DNA of 64,000 bases from Nitrososphaerota archaeon (GTDB lineage: Archaea > Thermoproteota > Nitrososphaeria > PSMU01): assembly GCA_040290255.1 (NCBI GenBank), contig PSMU01000001.1, forward strand, positions 338,385-402,384, in the 5' to 3' direction. Positions 47,714 to 58,804 of this stretch are shown piece by piece. Both the position numbers and the translations under genes were made by a program. Numbering within the stretch: the first letter of the stretch is position 1; every line of letters starts with the position of its first letter. Below the pieces are notes generated by a model. It had not been told where the DNA came from, ran no database searches, and saw only the letters and a list, made by a program, of their open reading frames with translations.

Positions 47714-48526
47714 TTGAAGGCCAAGGCCGGGGCGCTCCTCTTCCTCCTCCTGGCGCTCCTCCCACTTCCCTCGAGCGGCGCGCAGGTCACGCAGGTCTCG
47801 ATCCTGCTGGACCCGACGGGCTACGCTTCGGTGAGCATGCTGGTGAGCTTCAATTCGAGCGAGGCGATCGCGCTCGTGCCCATGGTGGGCCGGCCGGACC
47901 TCTTCACGCTCACGGCCCGGGATGCGGGGGGCCAGCAGGTGCCCTTCAACCTGACGGACACGAGGATAAGCCTCCTGCTCCTGGGCGTCTCGTCGCCCGT
48001 AAAGTTGAGCTACTATACCTCCAACCTCACGGCGAAGAGGGGGCCCATGTGGAACGTCAGCTTCGTGGCCCCCGCGCCCACCACGCTCACGCTGCCCCAG
48101 GGGGCCGTGTTGATCTCCGTGAACCGCCTCCCCCAGGATGTGTCGACGGCCAACGGCGCCACGCAGCTCCTCCTGGCGCCCGGCCCCTGGTCCATCTCCT
48201 ACTTCCTCAGGCCCCCTCCTCCAGCTTCGGCCGGCTTCCCGTACCTGCTCGTGGCCGGCGCGACGGGCGGCGCGGCGGTGAGCCTTGCCGTGGCCCTGGC
48301 CTACATCAGGCTAAGGAGGAGGAAGGGCGAGGCCCGCCTCCGGCCCGATGACAGGCGCATCCTGGACTTCCTCAGGGCCATAGGGGGGCAGGCCTATGAG
48401 AGCGACATCGTGCGCGAGCTGAACCTGCCCAAGACCTCGGTGTGGAGGGCGATAAAGCGCCTCTCGGATGCGGGCCTGGTGAGGGTCGAGAGGGAGGGCA
48501 ACAGGGTGAAGGTGATTGCCAAGTAG
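47714..48526 (+). CDS. Membrane-anchored regulator: signal peptide, extracellular beta domain, TM, cytoplasmic wHTH (COG2512-like)
   Basis: TM at about aa 176-198, then DRRILDFL..GGQAYESDIVRELNLPKTSVWRAIKRLSDAGLVRVEREG. Confidence 0.82.
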   Translation: MKAKAGALLFLLLALLPLPSSGAQVTQVSILLDPTGYASVSMLVSFNSSEAIALVPMVGRPDLFTLTARDAGGQQVPFNLTDTRISLLLLGVSSPVKLSYYTSNLTAKRGPMWNVSFVAPAPTTLTLPQGAVLISVNRLPQDVSTANGATQLLLAPGPWSISYFLRPPPPASAGFPYLLVAGATGGAAVSLAVALAYIRLRRRKGEARLRPDDRRILDFLRAIGGQAYESDIVRELNLPKTSVWRAIKRLSDAGLVRVEREGNRVKVIAK

Positions 48527-48599
48527 GCGGGAAACGTTCCGAAACGGGTTCCTGCTGGAGGCCTTTTATAAGGCCCCGTGCAGCTCCTCCACGAGGGAA

Positions 48600-50324
48600 A
48601 TGGCCACCAGGCCCATCCTCGCGGCCCTGCTGCTGGCGCTGCTCACGCTCGCCGCCTTTGCGCCCCTGGCCAGCAGGGCTTCGCCTCCCCAGGAGGGCAA
48701 GCAGGCCGCGCTGCAGGCGCTTCAGGCCGTGCTGCAGGGCCTGCAGGACCTCAGGCAATACCTCTCGAGCACGAACGCCGGCGCCCAGGCGCTTCAGGCC
48801 CTGGATGGCGCGATCGCCAACCTCCGGGCCACGATCGAGATCGTGAACGCCACGGGCGATGCAAGGGCGGCCGAGGCCACGCTTGCCTATGAATCCTCGC
48901 GGCTGGCGCAGCTGCTGGGCGCTCTTGGGCCTGGCGCGCTCGGATCGGAGAGGCTGCAGAGGGCGCTTCAGCTCGCGCAGGGGAGGGCGGCGGAGCTCTC
49001 CCAGCAGGTGGGCCAGCTGCCCTCGGGCCCGCTGAGGTCCTCGCTGCTGCGGCTCCTTCAGCAGGCGAACCAGAGCCTCGCCCAGGCCTCCGGCCAGCTG
49101 CAGCAGGGCAACGTTTCGGGCGCCGCCCATGCGCTGGTCCAGGCCAAGGCGCTCTTGGGCCTCGTCAACGCGGCCCTCTCCAGGCATTTAGGGCAGGAGA
49201 GGCTGGAGAGGTATGGGCCTCAGGCGAGGGCCGCGCTGGAGAGGGCGCTGGCCAGGCTGCTGGAGAGGGCCTCAAAGCTGAAGGCGCAGGGCCTGGGCGC
49301 CCAGGCCCTCCTGCTGCTGGAGAGGGCCCTCGAGCTGGGCAAGGGCGCCGGCCGGTTGCTGAACAGCTCGGACCTGCAGGGCGCGATCTCCGCGCTGGCC
49401 CAGGCCGAGGAGCTGCTCGAGGAGGCGGAGGAGCACGCGGGCGAAGCACGGCAGGCGCTCTCATCGCTCACCGAGAGGGCGCAGGAGCTGGGCGATAAGT
49501 TAAGCGAGCTGGCCGCACGGCTGGCCTCGGCGCAGCTGCCGCCGGAGAGGCGGGCCCTGGCCAGCTCCCTGCTCTCCAACGCCACGGCCGCGCTGAATGG
49601 GGCCCTTATGGCGCTTGCGCAGGGCAGGCTCAAGGACGCCTCCCTGCTCTTGGACCGAGCCTCCTCGCTGCTGGCCCAGCTGCTGCAGCTGCTGGAGAGC
49701 GGGGGCCGGGGCTCGATAGGGGAGGCCCGGCTGGAGATAAGGGCGCGGCTCACGCCCCAGCAGCTCCGGCTCGAGATAGAGAATGCCGGCCAGGAGGCGG
49801 CCACGCTCATCTACATCAGGCTGCTGGACGCGGCCGGCGCCGAGGTGGCCCTCACGTGGTCCTCCTCTTGCCTGGGCACGCTCGCGCCCGGCGATAGGGC
49901 CAAGTGCGCGGCCCAGCTGCAGGCCCGGCCCAATCAGGCCTACACGCTCGTGGTGGGCGCGAAGCCCTCCTCCTCGCCCAACGTGAGCGAGATAAGGCTG
50001 CCGCTCCTGGCCCAGGCCGCGGCGCTGGGCCTGCTGAAGTTGGAGGGCGAGATAAAGGGCAACCTGTTGGAGCTCAAGCTGGAGGCCGAGCACGCGGCGT
50101 TCACGATAGAGGCGATTAGGGTGCTGACGCCCTCCCATCAGGAGCTGCAGCTGAGCTGGGTTAGCCCCTGCCCCAGCTCCCTGGCCGCAGGGCAGAGCGC
50201 GGAGTGCACGGCCACGGCCTCCTTTGTGGCCGGCCAGCCCTACATCGTGCTCGTGCAGGCGAGGTCCGAGGGAGGGGCCAGCATGATGCTCCAGCTCATC
50301 CTGCTGGCGCAGCACGAGGATTAG
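48600..50324 (+). CDS. Secreted protein with long helical repeats and two C-terminal Ig-like domains
   Basis: Signal peptide; A/L/Q-rich helical repeats; duplicated C..L.(P/A)G..A.C.A....Y...V.A domains. Confidence 0.7.
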   Translation: MATRPILAALLLALLTLAAFAPLASRASPPQEGKQAALQALQAVLQGLQDLRQYLSSTNAGAQALQALDGAIANLRATIEIVNATGDARAAEATLAYESSRLAQLLGALGPGALGSERLQRALQLAQGRAAELSQQVGQLPSGPLRSSLLRLLQQANQSLAQASGQLQQGNVSGAAHALVQAKALLGLVNAALSRHLGQERLERYGPQARAALERALARLLERASKLKAQGLGAQALLLLERALELGKGAGRLLNSSDLQGAISALAQAEELLEEAEEHAGEARQALSSLTERAQELGDKLSELAARLASAQLPPERRALASSLLSNATAALNGALMALAQGRLKDASLLLDRASSLLAQLLQLLESGGRGSIGEARLEIRARLTPQQLRLEIENAGQEAATLIYIRLLDAAGAEVALTWSSSCLGTLAPGDRAKCAAQLQARPNQAYTLVVGAKPSSSPNVSEIRLPLLAQAAALGLLKLEGEIKGNLLELKLEAEHAAFTIEAIRVLTPSHQELQLSWVSPCPSSLAAGQSAECTATASFVAGQPYIVLVQARSEGGASMMLQLILLAQHED

Positions 50325-51656
50325 CTACCTCATCCTTATATAGGCATAGGCCTCCGTCTGGGACTCGAAGCAGTAGAGGACCCTCTGGAAGGGCCTCCTC
50401 AGCTCCCTGACCTCCTCCCTTACCCTCTCGGGCTCCTCGCCCTTCACCACCCTGGCGATGAGCCTGGCTATCTCCTTCATCTCGCCCTTCCCCATCCCCA
50501 GCCTCGTGACCTCCTGCGTGCCCAGCCGGATGCCCGAGGGGTTCCGGTAGTGCAGTCCCTTCTGAATGTCCCCGTAGAGCAGCTGCCTGTTCACGATGAT
50601 ATTCGCCCTCTCGAGCCTCCTCTCCGCATCGCCCCCCAGGCAGTACCTGGAGACGTCCACGGCCACCTGATGGCTCTGCGTGAAGCCCCTGCGCTCGCCC
50701 ACCACATCCAGGCCCTCCTCGTGGAGCGCCTGGGCCAGGGCCCTCGCGTTCTCCACGACCCTCAGGCAATACTCGCGGCCAAAGGCGAGCATCTCGGCAA
50801 AGGCGAGCGCCTTGCCCGCCACGTGGTGCAGGTGGTGGTTCGAGACGGTGGCCGGGAAGGTGGTGGCCTTTATCACCTCGCCATTCCTTTCATCGCTCAC
50901 GATGGCGCCCCCCTGGGGCCCCGGTATGGTCTTATGGGTGCTCATCGTCATCACCCTTGCCCCCTCCCTGAGGGGATCCTGAAAGAGCCCGGCCGCCACC
51001 AGCCCGGCCACGTGGGCGGCATCATAGCAGACGAGCGCGCCCACCTCCTCGAGCGCGGGGGCCAGCTCCTTCAGCGGCTCGGGAAAGAGGATGAGCGAGC
51101 CGCCGAACATGGCGATCCTGGGCGGCTTATTGGCCCTGGCCATCTCCCTTATCTTGACCCTCGCGGCGTCCACATCTATCTGCAGCTCCTCATCATCGAA
51201 GGGCATGTACTGGACGTCCAGCCTGCTCACGAAGCCGGCCGTGCCCCTCACCCTCTCGGGGCCCATGGAGACGTGCCCCCCCTTCACGATGGGCTTCACC
51301 AGCATGACGTCGCCCGCCCTCGCGAAGGCGCTGTAGACCACGAGGTTCGCGACGAGGCCCGAGGTCGGCCTCACGTCGGCAAAGGGGGCCCTGAAGAGCT
51401 GCTTCGCCAGCTCTATGGCGATCTCCTCGGCCCTATCTATGTAGGTGCAGCCCGCGTAGACGCGCTCGCCGGGCCATCCCTGCGGGGGCTATGCCCTCTC
51501 CGCGTACCTGTTGCCGAAGTCGCTGGCGAGCGCCTCCCTTACCGCCGGGCTGGGCACGTTCTCCGAGGCGATCAGCGGAAGCGCCTCGCTGAACCACCTG
51601 TGGTGGCGCTGGAGCAGCTCCAGCACCTCCTCATAGTACTCCCTCGGCCCCTTCAT
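50325..51656 (-). CDS. glyA: Serine hydroxymethyltransferase, join(51656..51498, 51479..50325), 437 aa after removing an 18-nt insert
   Basis: Exon 1 has LIASEN..SDFGNRYAE; exon 2 has GWPGERVYAGC, GGHVS, YDAAHV, STHKTIPGPQGG, SGIRLGT. Confidence 0.92.
51480..51497 (-). other. Candidate bulge-helix-bulge (BHB) mRNA intron in glyA
   Basis: mRNA GCGG-AG^A-GGGC-AUA-GCCC-CCGC-AG^G; 4-bp central helix, two 3-nt bulges, in-frame UAG; excision gives GCG GAG GGA UGG (AEGW). Confidence 0.82.
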
Positions 51657-51739
51657 GGCGCACCCTGCCCTGGGCCCATGATAACCTTTGCCCCGGCCAG
51701 GCCCCTCAAGGTTATTAGCCAGGGCCTCGCCGCCGTGGC

Positions 51740-52924
51740 GTGCCCGTCAGGATAGGCATCTATGGCAAGACGAACGTGGGCAAGACCACCTTCTTCAGCG
51801 CGGCGACGCTGCTGAGGGCCGAGATCGCGAACTATCCCTTCACCACCAAGCAGCCCAACGAGGGCATCGCCCACGTGCTCACGCTCTGCGTGCACAGGGA
51901 GTTCAACGTGGAGGATAACCCCTCGAACTCGGCCTGCAGGGATGGCTGGAGGTTCATACCCATCACGCTCATAGACCTGCCCGGCCTCATAAAGGGCGCC
52001 TGGATGGGCAAGGGCCTGGGCAACCAGTTCCTCAGCGTGGCCGCGCAGAGCGATGCGCTCATACACGTGGTCGACGCCTCGGGCAGCGTCGATGCGGAGG
52101 GCCGCATCACGGAGCCCGGCATGGGCGACCCCCTCGCGGATATAGCGGACGTGGAGCAGGAGCTGGCCATGTGGTACATGAAGCTGATCGAGGCCAATAG
52201 GGAGAAGGCCGCGAAGCTGGCCGAGAGGCAGGGCCTGGCGAAGGCCCTGGAGGAGGTGCTCTCGGGCATAAAGGTGAAGGCCGCGCACGTGGAGCTGGCG
52301 CTCAAGGCCACGGGGCTGAGGCCCGAGGAGTTCGCGAGGTGGGATAAGGACAGCCTGAGGGACTTCGCCTGGGTGCTCAGGGACGTGAGCAAGCCCACGC
52401 TCATCCTGGCCAACAAGATGGACCTGCCCTACAGCGAGGAGAACTTCGAGAGGATCAGGAGGGAGTACAAGGACATGCTCGTGGTGCCCGCCAGCGCCGA
52501 GGCGGAGCTCGCGCTCAGGAGGGCCGAGGAGAGGGGCCTCATACGCTACATACCGGGCGAGGAGAGGTTCGAGGTGCTCAGGCCCGGGGAGCTCACGGAG
52601 CAGCAGAGGAGGGCGCTCGAGTACATAAAGCGCATGGTGCTCGAGCGCTTCATGAGGACCGGCGTGCAGTTCGCGCTGAACGTGGCCGTCTTCAAGCTGC
52701 TGCGCATGAACGCCGTATACCCCGTCTCGGACCCCCGCAAGCTCACGGACAGCAGGGGGAGGGTGCTGCCCGACGTCTTCCTGGTGCCCGACGGCATGAC
52801 GGTGAAGGAGTTCGCGGAGCTCATTCACAGCGAGCTGGCCAGGGGCCTTCTTTACGCCATAGATGCCCGCACGGGCCTTCACCTGCCCGTGGACTATAAG
52901 GTGAAGGACAGGGACGTGCTCTCG

Positions 52925-52951
<27 letters not shown>
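51740..52951 (+). CDS. ychF: Obg-family ATPase/GTPase YchF (archaeal)
   Basis: GKTNVGKTTFF, NYPFTT, DLPGLIKGA..GKGLGNQFL, ANKMD, C-terminal TGS domain. Confidence 0.92.
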
Positions 52952-54340
<1,389 letters not shown>

Positions 54341-54396
54341 CGCGCGATGCCCCCTAATAAAGGTACAGTTTTAAGCGCAGGCCTGAGGGGGAGCCC

Positions 54397-56865
54397 GTGA
54401 GCGCCTTCGAGCTGGAGGGCTCACGCCCGCACTATACGAGGAGCAGGCCCTTCGATGCCCAGCACCTGAGGCTGGAGGTCAAGTTTTACCTGAACGAGAG
54501 GAGGATAGAGGGCAGCGCGCTCCACCGGCTGAGGAGCCTAAGGGAGGGCCTCGATGCGATCCCCCTCGACCAGGTGGGCCTGGAGATAAAGGGCGTGGAG
54601 CTGGAGGACGGCACGCCCTGCGGCTTCGTGGCCGGCCAGGAGGGGCTGCTCGTGCGCCTGCCCAGGCGCTTGGCGCTGAACGAGGAGGTCGCGCTGAGGA
54701 TAAGGTATGAGGCGAGGCCCCAGAAGGGGCTCTACTTCATCCTGCCCGATGAGGCCTATCCTCAGAGGCCCGTGCAGTGCTGGTCCCAGGGCGAGGACGA
54801 GGACAACAGGTACTGGTTCCCCTGCTACGATAACCCCAACGACAAGCTCACCAGCGAGCTGATCGCCTGGGTGCCCCAGGGCTTCATGGCCATCTCGAAC
54901 GGCAGGCTGCTCTCCAGGCGAGAGGAGGAGGGGTGGAGCATCTACCACTGGAGCCAGGAGCAGCCCCATGCCAGCTATCTTATCTCCGTGGTGGTGGGCC
55001 GCTTCTCGGAGCTGAAGGAGGAGGTGGACGGGCTGCCGCTGTACTACTATGTGCCCGAGGGCAGGGAGGAGGACGCGCGCCGCTCCTTCAAGGACACCGC
55101 CGACATGGTCAGGTTCTACAGCTCCCTGCTCGATTACCCCTATCCCTATCCCAAGTACGCGCAGACGACCGTGCACGACTTCATCTACGGGGGCATGGAG
55201 AACACCAGCGCGACCACGCTCACCGAGCTGGCGCTGCTCGATGAGAAGGCCTCCAGGGATCACACCGTGAACCCGCTGGTGGCCCATGAGCTGGCGCACC
55301 AGTGGTTCGGGGACCTGATCACCTGCAGGCACTGGTCCCATGCCTGGCTGAACGAGGGCTTTGCCACGTACTTCGAGAACCTCTACGTGTGGAGGAGCCT
55401 GGGCCAGGAGGAGTTCTGGAGGGCCCTTATGGAGGACTTCGAGAATTACAGGAAGGAGGTGGAGGAGAGGTACAGCAGGCCCATCGTCTGCAGGGTCTAC
55501 GAGAGCCCCAACGAGCTCTTCGACAGGCACCTCTACGAGAAGGCGGGGCTCGTGCTGCACACGCTACGCTACTACATGGGGGAGGAGGGCTTCTGGAGGG
55601 GGGTGAGGGCCTACGTCAGGAAGTGCGCCTACAGCTCCGTGGATACGGAGGACTTCAGGAAGGCGCTGGAGGAGGAGACGGGGCTCAGCCTGGAGCAGTT
55701 CTTCGAGGAGTGGTTCTACAGGCCCGGCCACCTGAAGCTGAAGGTGAGGCAGGAGTATGAGCCCTCGACGGGCCTGCTGAGGCTGGAGCTGCAGCAGGGG
55801 CAGGAGCAGCCCTATCACATACCGCTGGACGTCTACGTCTACACCGAGAGGGGCGAGCAGCGCTGGAGGCTGCAGCTCTCCGAAAGGGCCCATACCTTCT
55901 ACCTTCCCCTTCCGGCGCGGCCGCTCTCCGTGAGCGTGGACAGGGAGCTCTGGGTGCTGAAGGAGCTGGAGCACGATAAGCCCGTCGAGATGTGGCTCTA
56001 TGACCTCGAGCATGGCAACGCCGTGGAGAAGGTGCTGGCCTGCAGGGCGCTGGCGAGCGCGGTGGACTACAGGGCCGAGCCCGCCCTGATAAGGGCGCTC
56101 AAGGGCGAGGGCTTCTGGTATGTGAGGGGCCAGGCGGCCCTCGCGCTGGGCAGGAGGGGGGGCGAGGGGGCCCTGAGGGCCCTGCTCGAGGCCCTTCAGG
56201 AGCCTCACCACAGGGCCCGCCGCCTCATCGTCCAGGCGCTGGGCAACTTCAAGGACAGGAGGGCGGTGGAGGCCCTCGCGCCCCGCCTGCTGGAGGATGA
56301 AAGCTACTTCGTGCAGGCCGAGGCCGCCATCAGCCTGGGCAAGACGAAGCAGAGGGAGGCCTACGAGCACCTGCTGAAGGGCCTGCAGATAGGCTCCTAT
56401 GCGGAGGTGGTCAGGGCGGGCGTGCTTCAGGGGCTGGCCGAGCTGGGCGATGAGAGGGCGCTGGAGGTGGCGAAGGAGTGGTGCGCCTATGGCAGGCCCC
56501 ATCAGGTGCGCGTGGCGGCCATCAAGTGCATAGCCAAGCTGGGCAGGGGCAAGGAGTGGGCCTTCGAGCTGATGGCCGACCTGCTCAGGGATTACTGGTA
56601 CGCCGTGCGCATGGCCGCGGCCGAGGCCTTCAAGCAGTGGGGCGATGCCAGGGCCCTGCCCCACCTGGAGGAGGCCCTCAGGAGGGAGCTGCAGGGGAGG
56701 GTGAGGAGGAGCCTGAGGGAGGCGATTCACAGGATAAGGACGCCCTCCGCGCCCCAGGAGCTGGCCAAGCTGAGGGAGGAGCTGGAGCGGCTGCGCGAGG
56801 AGAACGCAAGGCTGCGGGAGAGGCTGGAGAGGCTGGAGGCCCAGCTGGCGAAGCCCGCTAGCTGA
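54397..56865 (+). CDS. M1-family aminopeptidase with HEAT repeats and C-terminal coiled coil
   Basis: GGMEN, HELAHQWFG...WLNEGFA, YEKA; C-terminal HEAT repeats; LREELERLREEN. Confidence 0.93.
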   Translation: MSAFELEGSRPHYTRSRPFDAQHLRLEVKFYLNERRIEGSALHRLRSLREGLDAIPLDQVGLEIKGVELEDGTPCGFVAGQEGLLVRLPRRLALNEEVALRIRYEARPQKGLYFILPDEAYPQRPVQCWSQGEDEDNRYWFPCYDNPNDKLTSELIAWVPQGFMAISNGRLLSRREEEGWSIYHWSQEQPHASYLISVVVGRFSELKEEVDGLPLYYYVPEGREEDARRSFKDTADMVRFYSSLLDYPYPYPKYAQTTVHDFIYGGMENTSATTLTELALLDEKASRDHTVNPLVAHELAHQWFGDLITCRHWSHAWLNEGFATYFENLYVWRSLGQEEFWRALMEDFENYRKEVEERYSRPIVCRVYESPNELFDRHLYEKAGLVLHTLRYYMGEEGFWRGVRAYVRKCAYSSVDTEDFRKALEEETGLSLEQFFEEWFYRPGHLKLKVRQEYEPSTGLLRLELQQGQEQPYHIPLDVYVYTERGEQRWRLQLSERAHTFYLPLPARPLSVSVDRELWVLKELEHDKPVEMWLYDLEHGNAVEKVLACRALASAVDYRAEPALIRALKGEGFWYVRGQAALALGRRGGEGALRALLEALQEPHHRARRLIVQALGNFKDRRAVEALAPRLLEDESYFVQAEAAISLGKTKQREAYEHLLKGLQIGSYAEVVRAGVLQGLAELGDERALEVAKEWCAYGRPHQVRVAAIKCIAKLGRGKEWAFELMADLLRDYWYAVRMAAAEAFKQWGDARALPHLEEALRRELQGRVRRSLREAIHRIRTPSAPQELAKLREELERLREENARLRERLERLEAQLAKPAS

Positions 56866-57031
56866 CGCGCCTTATCCTGTACCGCCTCACCTCCTCGGGC
56901 GTATAGTAGCCCAGGACCCCCGTGCGCCACCTGATGGCGTAGAGCTGCTGCCCATCGCCCGCCTTCGTGACCTCCACCACCACGCCCTCCATCTTCAGCG
57001 GCGAGCGCACCTTATCGCCCACGTTCAGCAC
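56858..57031 (-). CDS. Small SH3/KOW-like hypothetical protein
   Basis: VLNVGDKVRSPLKMEGVVVEV...YAIRW; AT-rich box upstream; GTG start inferred. Confidence 0.5.
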   Translation of the reverse strand: MLNVGDKVRSPLKMEGVVVEVTKAGDGQQLYAIRWRTGVLGYYTPEEVRRYRIRRVS

Positions 57032-57103
57032 GCCCCGAGCGCCCCTGAGCGCTTTTAACCTTTCCCGCCTAAAGCCCATATAGGAGCAGAGGATGCGAAG
57101 GGC

Positions 57104-57733
57104 GTGGGCAGGGGAAGGCGCTTTCTGCTCATCTTCGAGGCCAGGGGCCGGAGCCCGCTCGATAGGGCCCCCCTCCTGGAGGGGGCCAGGGAGGCCGTGG
57201 CGCCGCTGCAGGCCTTCGTGGGCGACCTGAGGGTGGGCGAAAGGCACCTCGAGCTGGACCTCTTCTGCCCCATGCTCTCGCTCAACGAGGCGCTGAAGAA
57301 GCTCTCATCGCTGCTGGGAGGGCCCCCGCTCTCCGTCAGGAGCCTGGACGTGGCGCAGGAGCTGCCCAAGGAGAGGGCGCTCGGGGAGGTCTTCTACCTC
57401 TTTAACAGCGGCCGGTATTGGGAGTCGCATGAGGCGCTGGAGGCGCTGTGGAAGGAGGCGCAGGGCGATGAGAAGAGGGCCCTTCAGTTCCTCATCCTCG
57501 TCTCGGCCGCCTTCGTGCACCGCCAGAAGGGGAGGGAGCAGGTGGCCCTGGGCATCCTGAGGAGGGCGCTGGCCCGCTCCGAGGAGCTGCCGGCGCTGGG
57601 AAACCTGGACCTGAGGGGCCTCGCCGCGCAGCTACAGCGGCTGCTGGAGAGGGGCGCGCTGGAGCGCCCCGTGCTGAGGGAGCTAACGCCCCCCCAGCTC
57701 GCGCCGCTGGCGGAGGCGCTGGCGAGGCTCTAG
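57104..57733 (+). CDS. DUF309-domain protein
   Basis: LFNSGRYWESHEALEALWK. Confidence 0.85.
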   Translation: MGRGRRFLLIFEARGRSPLDRAPLLEGAREAVAPLQAFVGDLRVGERHLELDLFCPMLSLNEALKKLSSLLGGPPLSVRSLDVAQELPKERALGEVFYLFNSGRYWESHEALEALWKEAQGDEKRALQFLILVSAAFVHRQKGREQVALGILRRALARSEELPALGNLDLRGLAAQLQRLLERGALERPVLRELTPPQLAPLAEALARL

Positions 57734-58420
57734 CCTGGTCTTGAAGGGGAAGGGGCAGAGCCGCTCGACGGGGCACTCATAGCACAGCGGCCCGCGGGCC
57801 CTGCAGGTGCGCCTGCCGAAGGAGATGAGCAGCAGGTGCGCCCTATGCCTCAGCCGCGGGGGCGTGAGCTGCTCGAGCCTGCGCTTGATGGCCTCGTAGC
57901 TCCCTCCTCGATGGAGGCCCAGCCGCTGCGTGACCCTTTTCACGTGGGTATCTATGGGCAGCAGGGGTGCGCCCGCGGCCGTGGCCAACAGCACCTCCGC
58001 GGTCTTGGGCCCCACGCCCGGCAGGGCGCGCAGCTCCTCCAGGGCTTCTTCATGAGGCAGCGAGAGGAGGCGCTCCAGGTATCCCTCCCCCGCTCTGCTC
58101 AGCGCTTGGGCGAGGGCCTTCAGCGCCCTGGCCCTCTGCCTGTACATGCCGCCCGCCCTTATCGCCTCCTGCAGCTCCTGCAGCGAGGCCTTCGCGATGC
58201 GCTCGATGTCCACGCCCACCCTTTGCTCGAGGGCTGCATAGGCCCTCAGGGCGTTGACATCGGAAGTATTCTGGCTCAGGACCGTGGCCACGAGCGCCCT
58301 GAAGGGATCCCTCGTCTCCCTGAAGACGTGCAGCGTGGCGAACTCCTCCTGCCTTATCTTCACATGCCTCTCCAGCAGGCTGAGGATGCGCAGCCACCTC
58401 CCCCGCTCGCCCCTGGCCAA
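57683..58420 (-). CDS. nth: Endonuclease III (HhH-GPD, 4Fe-4S)
   Basis: LVATVLSQNTSD, LPGVGPKTA, IDTHV.R, C.ARGPLC.ECP....C; start inferred. Confidence 0.93.
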   Translation of the reverse strand: MARGERGRWLRILSLLERHVKIRQEEFATLHVFRETRDPFRALVATVLSQNTSDVNALRAYAALEQRVGVDIERIAKASLQELQEAIRAGGMYRQRARALKALAQALSRAGEGYLERLLSLPHEEALEELRALPGVGPKTAEVLLATAAGAPLLPIDTHVKRVTQRLGLHRGGSYEAIKRRLEQLTPPRLRHRAHLLLISFGRRTCRARGPLCYECPVERLCPFPFKTRLEPRQRLRQRRELGGR

Positions 58421-58492
58421 GCGGCACCTCGGCGCCAAGGGGGTTTTTATGGTGGCGGCTGAGCCTAAATAGGCCTCCTTCCATGCCCCGCC

Positions 58493-58804
58493 ATGGCCAA
58501 GCTGGCCGAGGAGGAGATAAGGAGGAGGCTGAGGCGGCTGAGGGGCTGGAGGTATGTGCGGGGCGAGCTCAGGAGGGCGCTTCGCTTCGAAGATTACCTG
58601 AGCGAGGTCGCCTTCTTCAACCTGCTCGCGCTTCAGGCGGAGCGCATGGACCACCATCCCGATGTGAGGCTGAGCTGGGGGAGGATGGAGCTCTCGCTCA
58701 CGACCCATTCGGAGGGGGGCGTGACGGAGAAGGACTTCCTGCTGGCCGAGGGCATAGAGAAGGCCTATCGCCTTCTGCGGGCTAGATCACGCCGCGCCTC
58801 CTGA
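58493..58804 (+). CDS. Pterin-4-alpha-carbinolamine dehydratase
   Basis: AERMDHHPD, LTTHSEGGVTEKD. Confidence 0.93.
   Translation: MAKLAEEEIRRRLRRLRGWRYVRGELRRALRFEDYLSEVAFFNLLALQAERMDHHPDVRLSWGRMELSLTTHSEGGVTEKDFLLAEGIEKAYRLLRARSRRAS

Noticed and set aside
50325-51374. 349-aa ORF-track call as the complete SHMT
   Set aside because: It lacks the N-terminal LIASEN/YAEG region, which lies upstream in the same frame beyond the insert
51489-51491. UAG in glyA as pyrrolysine or readthrough codon
   Set aside because: Readthrough would leave a 6-aa insertion inside the conserved YAEG motif; no pyl genes are seen in this window; the BHB geometry explains the insert exactly
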